From NCBI RefSeq assembly GCF_001194135.2, contig NC_068998.1, forward strand, positions 37,441,222 through 37,480,285: a DNA stretch of 39,064 bases, given 5' to 3'. Shown here in pieces: positions 13,436 to 23,158 of this stretch. The DNA comes from Octopus bimaculoides (lineage: Eukaryota). How positions within the stretch are numbered: the stretch's first letter is position 1; each line of letters starts with the position of its first letter. The notes under the pieces are model-generated. The model made no database searches and was not told the origin of the DNA. It saw only the letters and a program-made list of their open reading frames with translations. Both the position numbers and the translations under genes were made by a program.

Positions 13436-13847
13436 AGGCGCAGGAGTGGCTGTGTGGTAAGTAGCTTGCTAACCAACCACATGGTTCCGGGTTCAGTCCA
13501 ACTGTGTGGCAACTTGGGCAATTGTCTTCTACTATAGCCTCGGGCCGACCAAAGCCTTGTGAGTGGATTTGGTAGGCGGAAACTGAAAGAAGCCCGTCGT
13601 ATATATGTATATATATATATATGTATGCGTGTGTATATGGTTGGTCCCCCAACATCGCTTGACAACCGATGCTGGTGTGTTTACGTCCCCGTAACTTAGC
13701 GGTTCAGCAAAAGCAACCGATAGAATAAGTACTAGGCTTACAAAGAATAAGTCCTGGGGTCGATTTCCTCGACTAAAGGCAGTGCTCCAGCATGGCCGCA
13801 GACAAATGACTGAAACAAGTAAAAGAGTAAAGGAGTAACAAGAGTAA
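13436..13847 (+). mobile_element. SINE family 1, full length
   Basis: Same structure as 12639-13049; ends in repeated AGAGTAA. Confidence 0.92.
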
Positions 13848-13996
13848 GGCACTGGAATCTTCTCATCAACCCAATACTAATAAGAATCCTCTGTATGATG
13901 TGACAGTAATATGCTACATCATACATGCATCATACTGAGTCTGCATTTTAAATCACGTAAAAGGAAGAGAAAATTACAAATTTCGGAGAGATAATA

Positions 13997-14200
13997 AAAC
14001 AAGCCGAAATGGAGTTCCTCCGATGGATCTCTGGAGTAACGTCACTCGACAGGGTGCTGAGCTTGGAGATCAAGGAGTCTCTCCAGGTTGAGCTGCTTGC
14101 TCTTCGCATTTAGAGGTCAAGGCTCTGGTACAACGGACATGGGATTAGAATGCTGCAAGAAAGAATCTCAAGACGGAATCTTCAAGCCGCGTCTCAACTG
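13997..14200 (+). pseudogene. RTE-clade LINE fragment (post-RT C-terminal region)
   Basis: Translation KQAEMEFLRWISGVTSLDRVLSLEIKESLQVELLALRI*RSRLWYNGHGIRMLQERISRR matches the RTE pattern AAEMxFLRxIxGxTxxDRV...RSQLRWxGHVxRM. Confidence 0.75.
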
Positions 14201-14562
14201 ATCACGCTCAGCAGAAAAGTGTACCGACATTTGTTTCAAATATGGCTCCGATATGGAGGAGGTGCTTGAGGAGTCTACCACCACAATCCACATTCAGAAA
14301 ATGGATGAAATGATTACATAGTTTAACATCAATGATTCACAAGATGTAGGTGGGCCCTCACTTGCTCACTTTCACACAAGGGGAACCTCACGGAAGATTT
14401 TAGAACCATGAACAATATAGAAATGCATAATCAGGAAAGTGAAGATCCTTAATTAACGAATTAAACATTTAAATTTCCTAAGGATATTTAATTTTAATTA
14501 TCGTATATCTATTTATTCAGTGAAAATAGCCACATGTTTCAATTCTTATTATATATTGCATA

Positions 14563-15167
14563 AGGCAGTGAAATGGCAGAGTCGTTAGCACCCCGTGCAG
14601 AATTCTTAGCGGTATTTCGCCCGTCCTTACGTCCTAAGTAGGAGGCGCAATGGCCCATGGTTAGGGCAGCGGACTCGCGGTCATAGGATCGCGGTTTCGA
14701 TTCCCAGACCGGGCGTTGTGAGTGTTTATTGAACGAAAACACCTAAAGCTCCACACGGCTCCGGCAGGGGATGGTGGCGAACCCTGCTGTACTCTTTCAC
14801 TACAACTTTCTCTCACTCTTACTTCCTGTTTCTGTTGTGCCTGTATTTCAAACGGTCAGCCTTGTCACACTGTGTCACACTGTGTCACGCTGAATATCCC
14901 CGAGAACTACGTTAAGGGTACGCGTGTCTGTGGAGTGCTCAGTCACTTGCACGTTAATTTCACGAGCAGGCTGTTCCGTTGATCTATCAACTGGAACCCT
15001 CGATGTCGTAAGCGACGGAGTGCCAACAATGTCCTAAGTTCAAAATTCGTCGAGGTCGACTTTGCCTTTCATATTTTTGGGGTTGAGAAAATAAGTACCA
15101 GCTGAGCACTGATGTCGATGTAATCTACTATTCAGCCCGTGCCCCACCCACCCAAATAGTAGAAAAG
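14563..15167 (+). mobile_element. SINE family 2 copy split by a family 3 SINE
   Basis: 5' part 14563-14639 and 3' part 15031-15167 rejoin into the family 2 pattern; duplicated GTCCTAAGT at 14631-14639 and 15031-15039. Confidence 0.88.
14640..15030 (+). mobile_element. SINE family 3, full length (tRNA-Arg-like head), 9-bp TSD
   Basis: Head ggaggcgcaatggcccatggttagggcagcggactcgcgg...ggtttcgattccc (A and B boxes); ends tgccaacaat; flanked by GTCCTAAGT repeats. Confidence 0.9.
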
Positions 15168-15182
15168 TTTCTATATTGTATA

Positions 15183-15407
15183 AGGCAGGGAGATGACAGA
15201 ATCGTGAGCATGCTGGACGAAATGCTTAGCCGCATTTCGTCCGTCTTTACGTTCTGAGTTCAAATTCCGATGGGGTCGACTTTGCCTTTCATCTTTTCGG
15301 GGTTGATAGAATTAGCACCAGTTGAGCACAGGGGTTGATGTAATCGACTACCTCCCTCTCCCAAAATGTCAGGCCTTGTTCCTATAACAGAAAGGATTAT
15401 TATTATT
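15183..15407 (+). mobile_element. SINE family 2 (short tail) ending in (ATT)n
   Basis: Head, core gtcgactttgcctttcatc..ttcggggttgata and tail ggccttgttcctataacagaaaggatt. Confidence 0.88.
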
Positions 15408-15409
15408 TA

Positions 15410-15614
15410 GCAAGCTGGGTGAAATGCTTAGCGGTATTTCGTCTGCTGTTACGTACTGAGTTCAAATTCGGCCGGGGTCGACTTTACCTTTGATCCTTTC
15501 GGGGTCGATTAAATAAGTACCAGTTACGCACTGGGTCGATGTAATCGACTTAGTCCCTTTGTCTGTCCTTGTTTGTCCCCTCTGTGTTTAGCTCCCTTGT
15601 GGGCAATAAAGAAT
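15410..15614 (+). mobile_element. SINE family 2 (long tail), 5' partly deleted
   Basis: Near-identical to the reverse complement of 30184-30416; tail tttgtctgtccttgtttgtcccctctgtg...gggcaataaagaa, followed by (ATT)n(AGT)n. Confidence 0.9.
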
Positions 15615-16194
15615 TAAATTATTATTATTATTATTAGTAGTAGTAGTAGTAGTAGTTTACCTGTTCACCTCAGGATTTTGTGTCTCCGTAAAACTAGTTA
15701 AACGCAGTTCAATCGCATCAGTAACCAGGTCGCAGTTGGTGCAAAGAAACTTTTGACACCAGATAATAAATTGGAATATCGTTAACAGTCTCTGTGTGTT
15801 TTGTTGCATATTGTAATAGTCTCATACTGTAATTGTCTCTAACGGTTTAGCCTTTAGAGGCCGTTTACCTTTATACATTCGGTATAATGGTGTACATTTC
15901 TCTTCCTTTGTGGACGATCCCGTACGGGGTCGAATAATTGATGAAACACCGTGTTTCTGCATAAATCTATAATTTTTGCTTGAAAAAAATACATGAATGA
16001 GAAGAATTCTAAGATAATGTTAGCTATGGAAGGAATGGCGGAGAAAAGACAGATGAAGTTAATTGGAAGGAAACTTGTGTGTTGCCGTAACAATGATAAT
16101 CTTCGATGTCATTGCCATGTCAGTTTCTACTGTTACGACGACATCATCTCTATTGTTACATTAACGTCATGGGAATGATTATAACAATCTCAGA

Positions 16195-16330
16195 AGTGGC
16201 AACAACAACAACAACAATAACAACAACAACAATAAAGGTAGCAATGGCGAGGACAACCACATGAACAACACGAATAAGAGTAAGAACAAAAATAGCAACA
16301 ATACCAACAGTTAAAACATTTATTAGCAAC
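16195..16330. repeat. Degenerate (AAC)n trinucleotide tract
   Basis: Direct reading. Confidence 0.85.
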
Positions 16331-16390
16331 AGAGGAAGTATTAATACCGACAGGTAATATTTATCCCCACTTTCACGTGGATGTTCTCTA

Positions 16391-16600
16391 AAGCAGCAAT
16401 CTGGCAGAATCGTTAGCACGCCGGACAAAACTGCTTAACGGCGTTTCGTTCGTCTTTACGTTCTGATTTCAAATTCCACCGATGTCGACTTAGCATTTCA
16501 TCTTTCGAGGTCGACAAAATAAGTACCAGTTGATCACTGATGTCGATGTAATCGACTTACTCCTTCCCTCAACTTACTGGCCCTGTGCCAAAATTTGAGA
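16391..16600 (+). mobile_element. SINE family 2 (short tail)
   Basis: ctggcagaatcgttagcacgccggac head and shared core. Confidence 0.88.
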
Positions 16601-16890
16601 AGGCGCGTGGCTTAATGGTCATGCACACTCGGCTTACGATAGTAAGGTGGTGAGCTCGATTCCTGGTAGTGCGTCGAGTTCTTGGAGCCAGACACTTTAT
16701 TTCTCTTTGCTCCAGTCGACTCACCTGGCAAAGATTAGTAGTACCTGTATTTCAAAAGGCCAGCCTTGTCACATTCTGTGTCCCCGCTGAATCTCCGTGA
16801 GAGCTACATTAATGGCACGCGTGTCTGTAGAGTGCTCAACCACTTTCAGGTTAATTTCATGAGCAGGTTGTTCAGTTGATCAGAGTGCCA
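16601..16890 (+). mobile_element. SINE family 4, diverged (3' half shared with family 3)
   Basis: tRNA-like head ggcgcgtggcttaatggt...tcgattcc; segment cctgtatttcaaaaggccagccttgtcaca...ttaatttcatgagcagg aligns with 14840-14985. Confidence 0.75.
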
Positions 16891-17741
16891 GTTTTAGTTT
16901 AACTACTGCAGTATAGCTTGTTTTAACAGAACATCCACGCTTAAGCGAAGATAAATACCAACAGTGACAAAATAACGGTGAACGAGCCAATGAGCAACCA
17001 ACATGTTGGAGAGAAATTAGTAGTGATGCTGCTATCCTGGGGTGTTGGTGTTCTTTGTAGACTCAAACCTAGGTAAGAACCATCCTTTGTAACAGCATAA
17101 ATCTTGGATTGAGAAATGCACTTTTCGATTCCGCTAATTTAATATACTAGGAAGAAGTGTCGTCAGCAGTAGTTTGCGCATCTAGGCAGAAAACAATGCA
17201 GTATGGTGGCAATCATCTGCAGCAGCGTGCACGAAGCTTGCACAATGTCCACCAGAAACAATCACAGTCCACGAATATGGCAATTTCTAAAACGTCTTCA
17301 TTTGGCAATGTTAGAGAATCATCGTCAAGTTCTATATCGAAAATGCAGACAGAGCTGTGAATAGCCAACTTGTCCAGTTGTGTCGAACAACTGCTAACAC
17401 GTGTCGGATGGGTGTGACTTTCAGTTGAGTCTATTATGATGATCGACTCACCAACTTCTTTTAGGCAACGAAAGTCTGATTGTTTCTTTTATCTGTTAAA
17501 TGTCGCGAGGAAGGTTATGTGGTGGACAAAGCTAAAATAGGTGAGCTGGGAATAATTATTGATTTTTGATTTCATTTTACTTGTATAGTTAACTAAATCT
17601 GTTACTTTGCATCATTTTAGAGTCTCTTAAATCATCATCATCATCATCATAATCATCATCATCATTATCATCATTGTTATTGTTATTATCATTCTTCTTC
17701 CTTTTCTTCTTCTTCTTCTTCTTATTATTATTATTATTATT

Positions 17742-18012
17742 CAGTAGTTTTATTTTTATAACGTGCTTTCACTTCACTACCGAGCGCAGCTCTGTGCGCC
17801 TTGGGTATGTGCTGTGGTTTGCTGTGGTGCTCTTATGTTTACTGTATTGAAAGTGTTTTGCGTAGAATGTGTGCAGTACCCAGTAGTGCAATTTTCTGTA
17901 TGTTATATATATTTGTAAGTCCTGGTGTTTCTGTTATGTATTTGTCTGAATATTTTTTTATTATTCCTAAGGCACCTACTATGATAGGAATTGTTTCTGT
18001 TTTTAGATTATG
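17742..18012 (-). mobile_element. R4/Dong-type LINE 3' end (copy A1; probably an assembly duplicate of A2)
   Basis: Minus translation LKTETIPIIVGALGIIKKYSDKYITETPGLTNIYNIQKIALLGTAHILRKTLSIQ*, a short 3' UTR and a (TAA)n tail at 17722-17741. Confidence 0.85.
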
Positions 18013-18314
18013 NNNNNNNNNNNNNNNNNNNNNNNNNNNNNNNNNNNNNNNNNNNNNNNNNNNNNNNNNNNNNNNNNNNNNNNNNNNNNNNNNNNNNNNN
18101 NNNNNNNNNNNNNNNNNNNNNNNNNNNNNNNNNNNNNNNNNNNNNNNNNNNNNNNNNNNNNNNNNNNNNNNNNNNNNNNNNNNNNNNNNNNNNNNNNNNN
18201 NNNNNNNNNNNNNNNNNNNNNNNNNNNNNNNNNNNNNNNNNNNNNNNNNNNNNNNNNNNNNNNNNNNNNNNNNNNTTTCTTCTTCTTCTTCTTCTTATTA
18301 TTATTATTATTATT

Positions 18315-18638
18315 CAGTAGTTTTATTTTTATAACGTGCTTTCACTTCACTACCGAGCGCAGCTCTGTGCGCCTTGGGTATGTGCTGTGGTTTGCTGTGG
18401 TGCTCTTATGTTTACTGTATTGAAAGTGTTTTGCGTAGAATGTGTGCAGTACCCAGTAGTGCAATTTTCTGTATGTTATATATATTTGTAAGTCCTGGTG
18501 TTTCTGTTATGTATTTGTCTGAATATTTTTTTATTATTCCTAAGGCACCTACTATGATAGGAATTGTTTCTGTTTTTAGATTATGATAGGAATTGTTTCT
18601 GTTTTTAGACTATGATAGGAATTGTTTCTGTTTTTAGA
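18315..18638 (-). mobile_element. R4/Dong-type LINE 3' end (copy A2), 5'-truncated with a triplicated 28-bp junction
   Basis: Identical to A1 by eye; unit tatgataggaattgtttctgtttttaga starts at 18553, 18582 and 18611. Confidence 0.85.
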
Positions 18639-18670
18639 TTATTATTATTATTTATTTATTTATTTATTTT

Positions 18671-19500
18671 CTATGCACAGCTTCTAACGCTGGAGATGTA
18701 CTACGGTGTCAGCTGTTCACTACCAGTGAACTAAAGTAACACCCCTTATTTTTCGAGCACCATCCGGAGTATTCGAGCGGTTCCAAGCAGTTGTGTTTTC
18801 TGTAAGTGCTCCACCCTTATTGCAGCCTCTATTTGATCCATGTACTTCTCAAGATTGTTACTCACTGTTCTCAGGGCTCCGACAATTATTGGTATTACTA
18901 CCACCTTTTTCATCGACCACAACTGCTTAACCACCCAAGCTAACCTGTCATATCTCTCGACTTTTCTTTCTTCTTTATCACATACTTTGTTGTCAGCTGG
19001 GCATGCTATATCTATGATCCAGCATCGTTTGCTTTCTTTCTCAATACTATGTCTGGTTTCCTATTCTCTATTTCATGATCACACTGAATTATAAAATCCC
19101 ATAGGATCTTTGCATTATCATTTTCGATGATACCTTCGAGTTTATGTTCGTACCACGTTTTTGCTCTGTCAAGTCCATACTTGTTGCAAAGTGTCCAACG
19201 GACAATCCTTGCTATATTGCCATGACGTCTCTTATATTCTTTCTGGGTTAGTAACATACATTGACTGGTAATATGCGATACGGTTTCACCATTTTGTCCA
19301 AAAATTCTGCAATTATCACTTTCTGATGTGTTGTCTGTTCTGTAGTTGATGTAATTCGTTCTTTATGCTTGCTTTTGGACAGCACAGATCAGAGTCATTT
19401 TTGGGGTGGAGTATCCAATATCTAGTCAGCAACTTCTTTGTCTTTCTGTCTAAGTTGTTTAGTTTGTCTGCTGTCGATGCGATTACCCCTACTCCATATC
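18671..19500 (-). mobile_element. R4/Dong-type LINE fragment B: CCHC zinc knuckle, RLE endonuclease and 3' UTR, degenerate
   Basis: NCRIFGQNGETVSHITSQC...YKRRHGNIARIV; RKPDIVL / CWIIDIACPADNKVCDKEERKVERYDRL (PD..D..K nuclease motif); VIPIIVGAL...LGTARILR. One stop, one frameshift and an internal deletion near 19394. Confidence 0.9.
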
Positions 19501-20473
19501 AACTCTATCATGCCTGTTGAGATACTCTGTAGGCGCAAGAAAACTGCACATGGAGACAACATGATCAATGGTCTCATTTTGTTGTTGACATACATGACAT
19601 GTTGGACAGCTGCTGTTCTTTAATATGTTGGCTTGGTAGTTCCTTGTAGGTAGGCATTGATTTTGGGCTGCTATGATAAACCCTGCTGCTTCTGATTTTA
19701 AGCCAGAGGCCATTAGCCATTGATGGGTAAGGGCTTTGTCAACATCGGCATTATTCACTCTATTTGAGTATTTGCCATTAAGCGGTTTTTCTTGCCATTT
19801 ATCAGTCAGAATATTTAAGGCAGCAGTTTTAGCACGGGTTTTCATGCGCTTAGTTTTTCTTCGCTTGTTTCTAGTATGTCTAATTCTGGAATTTGTTGTA
19901 TTTGGAATTCCCTTAGATATTCCTTTGCCTGTTTTGTTACTGAGTAAGATGCTTTCTTGTTTTCATGTTTTGAGATAAGTTTTAACATCCAGTCCTCAGT
20001 TTTTCAGGTTGGTGTTTAGGCCAATTGTGGCAATCTTCATTGTTAATACCAGTTGTAGAAGTCCTCGGCCTCCCTCTTTTCTTGGCAGATAAAGTCGTTC
20101 CATATCTGCCTTAGGGTGGTGCCTTCTATGCATTGTCAACAGTTTTCGTATTTTTCTGTCAAGATTACATATTTAAGTAATTGACCAGTTAATGATATTG
20201 AAACTGTAAGTCACGACTGGTATGGCTAGAGCATTGATTGCTTCGATCCTGTTTCTTGCATTCAGCTCTGTCTTAAGTATTGCTCTCACCCTGCAATAAA
20301 ATACTATTCTGATCCTTTCCCTCATCACTGCATGTTTGATTCCGTTCCCTTCAATTATCCCTAGGCATTTCTAGCTCTCCACTGAGTCTAACTCTTTTAT
20401 GACATTCTGCTGGTCAAGGTCAACGTTAGATGTTTCTGTCAATTTTCCTTTGATAAAGGTAGCTCTTGCACAT
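19501..20473 (-). mobile_element. R4/Dong-type LINE fragment C: late RT, thumb and CCHC, from a different subfamily
   Basis: KCARATFIKGK...S*KCLGI (late RT motifs); INALAIPVVTYSF...LDRKIRKLLTMH..HPKADMERLYLPRKEGGRGL; CPTCHVCQQQNETIDHVVSMC...RHDRV. Confidence 0.9.
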
Positions 20474-20495
20474 TTATTATTATTTATTATTATTT

Positions 20496-20785
20496 TATGT
20501 TTGACTTTTGTTTTGCATTTGTACAAGTTAGATCTAAGTCTCACCCAGAGACCTCAAGAGACAAGTTAGAAGTTCATGTAGGTGTTATGCCTAGGGTACC
20601 ATATATTTGGATTTGTACATAGTGTTGTTCTAGAGAATGTTTAAGAAACCATTAGAAAATTATGTGTTCGTTTTAAAATTTGAGATCACATAGACAGTAT
20701 TTTACGTAGGATATGGGCAGTTCCCATGAGCACTATCTTTTGAACTTCAGCCATTTTGAGGTTTTCTGGTATCTGAGCTAGGTAG
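20496..20785 (-). mobile_element. R4/Dong-type LINE 3' end D, 5'-truncated, between (TAA)n tracts
   Basis: YLAQIPENLKMAEVQKIVLMGTAHILRKILSM*, about 190 bp of 3' UTR, tail (TAA)n at 20472-20495 and upstream (TAA)n at 20789-20833. Confidence 0.85.
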
Positions 20786-20787
20786 TA

Positions 20788-20833
<46 letters not shown>

Positions 20834-20838
20834 GCATT

Positions 20839-21220
20839 GAGGCGATGAGCTGGCAGAATCGTTAGCACGTCGAGCAAAATGCTTAGCGGCATTTCATTCT
20901 GAGTTCTAACTCCACCGAGGTCAATTTTGCTTTTCATCCTTTCGAGTTCGATTGAAAGAATATCAATTGACTACTGGGATCGATTTAATCGAATTATCAC
21001 GCCACCAAAATTCTCAAGCTTTGTGCCTTATAGTAGAAAGGATTATTGAGGCAGCGAACTGGCAGAATCGGTAGAGCCTCAAGCAAAACACCCAGCGGCA
21101 TTACTTCCGGTTCATTACGTTCTGAGTTCAAATTCGTCTATTAAGAGGGTATATAAACGACAGACTGACTTGCCTCTAAAAATTTCTGGCCGTGTGACAA
21201 AATTTGAAGCTAAAATTATT
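20839..21220 (+). mobile_element. Two head-to-tail SINE family 2 copies (20839-21047; 21048-21220, internally deleted)
   Basis: Two gaggcg..gagctggcagaatcg heads separated by the tail gaaaggattatt. Confidence 0.8.
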
Positions 21221-21226
21221 ATAATC

Positions 21227-21790
21227 GAATTCTTCTTCTTCTTCTTCTTCTTCGTCGTCGTTTTCTTCTTCTTCTTCTTCTTCTTCGTCTTCTTCTTCTC
21301 CTCCTCCTCCTTCGTCTTCTTCTTCTTCTTCTTCTTCTCCTCCTCCTCCTCCTTCTTCGTCGTCGTTTTCTTCTTCTTCTTCTTCATCATCATCATCATC
21401 ATTATCATCATCCTCATCATCATCATCATGGTGTTTGCCTCATAATCGTCGTCGATGTCGCCTCCGCCTACGTCGTCGTCGTCGCCGCCGCCTCTTGTTG
21501 GCGGCTACGGTGGCAACTACGTCACTGCGAGACATAAACTCTTATTTCAAACATCAAATGTGACATCAGAGATGCAGAGTTCTTCCGAGAGAAATGTCAA
21601 AACAGAATATCAATAATTACACAATTCTAAAAGTAATATGACAGATGAATATTATACAGAGGCACTGTTGTTGCTGCTGCTGCTGCTGCTATTGATGCTG
21701 CTGCTGCTGCTACTGATGCTGCTACTGCTGCTGCTACTGCTGCTGCTGCTGCTGCTGTTGTTGTTGCTGTTGTTGTAGATGTTGATGTTG
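21227..21790. repeat. Compound trinucleotide tracts (TTC/TCC/TCG/TCA)n, (TCG/CCG)n and (CTG/TTG)n
   Basis: Direct reading; source of the poly-K, poly-F and poly-M ORFs in the track. Confidence 0.95.
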
Positions 21791-22131
21791 TTACTGTCTC
21801 TGTTGTTCTTTAGATTTTGTTGCTTGTGAGGTTTTAATTGGTTTAAAACACAATTTCTCTATTTTAAACAAATTAAGGAATAAACGCTTATTCAGAAAAC
21901 ACACAGTTATGTGTTTTCTAAATAAATATTTGTTCTATCGTTAAATTCAAGTTGTTACCACTATAAAAATGAATGTCATACGAAATTCCAGATATGTGTG
22001 GTGATGGTGGTGGTGGTGGTGGCTTTGGTGATGGTTTTGTCGCATGCACTCATGCAGTAATCTGTATATGGACATTCATACATGCATACATGTAAACGAA
22101 GAAATATACACACATAATCATATGTAGTATG

Positions 22132-22179
<48 letters not shown>

Positions 22180-22832
22180 GCACACATACATGTATGTGTG
22201 TATGTTTATATATGTATATGTAATTGCAATTTGTGTAAAGTCATGGAGGAGTGAGCAAAAGTTTCTTTTCACAACAAAATCGTTCTGAGTTCAATTTCAC
22301 TGCGAGTCATATATTACAATTGCCAATTAGGAAAGATTTGCTTTACCAAATATGTTTTCTGTGTGCAATTTCGTAAATGGAAACTGTGAAAACTACTATC
22401 TCACTTACACACCTAACGAGCTGTAAAGGAACTGGAATTTTAAAAATCCTAATCAGCTTATATCTCTTCCTTCTATTAAGTTAATAATAATTCAATTTAA
22501 CTTAATGCAATTTGTAGCAGATAATAGATTTCGAGACACGTCACACTGATGAGATCCAACTATATCGAAATAGCAGTTATTTACGAATATCAAGGGTTCT
22601 CTCACTGAAAGAAAAATTAAACGTATGAAAATCTTATCAAATATATGCTTAAATTTCCTTTATTCCTTTTACTACCAAGAGAAATATTATCATTTTAGAG
22701 TATGTTAACTTAACTTCACTGATATTTCAAAACTTTGATGAATGATTAATATCAGGATGATCATTATGCAAAGAGGTGTTCATAATGAAGCATATTAGCG
22801 ACAATATTATCCATTTACATCAAATTGATACG

Positions 22833-23158
22833 TCAGTGGCATGGCTCTCCGTCAGTTACGACGACGAGTGTTCCAGGTGATAGGATCAACTGAATCACCT
22901 GCTCGTGAAATTAACGTGCAAGTGGTTATGCACATCATAGCCACGCGTACCTTTAACACTGTTCCCAAGGAGGTTCAGCGTGACACAATCTCACGAGGCT
23001 GGCCATTTGAATTACAAATACAACTCATTTTTGTCAGCTACCTGAACTGAAGCAACAAGAAATGAAGTATCTGACTCAAGGACACGACGCGCCGCCGGTT
23101 ATCGAACTCACGAGCTTACGATTGCGAGCCGAATAACTTAACCACAAAGCCACATGCG
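22833..23158 (-). mobile_element. SINE family 4, diverged
   Basis: Reverse complement has a tRNA-like head (gtggctttgtggttaag...gttcgataacc) and the 3' segment shared with family 3 (ttaatttcacgagcagg...gtcgtaactgacggagagcca). Confidence 0.8.

Noticed and set aside
12639-14715. tRNA-like sequences as tRNA genes
   Set aside because: They have A and B boxes but run into SINE bodies and lack a complete cloverleaf acceptor stem, so they are SINE heads.
17093-17546. Possible plus-strand exon (tag|gaagaag at 17151 to aaatag|gtgagc at 17541) containing ORF 17157-17360
   Set aside because: Stop codons in all frames over the interval, an implied upstream intron of only about 58 bp, and no recognisable homology.
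18553-18638. 29-bp-period repeat as a CRISPR array
   Set aside because: No spacers and no cas genes, in a eukaryotic context; the unit is LINE coding sequence.
21115-21445. Poly-M, poly-K, poly-E and poly-F ORFs
   Set aside because: Translations of compound trinucleotide microsatellites.
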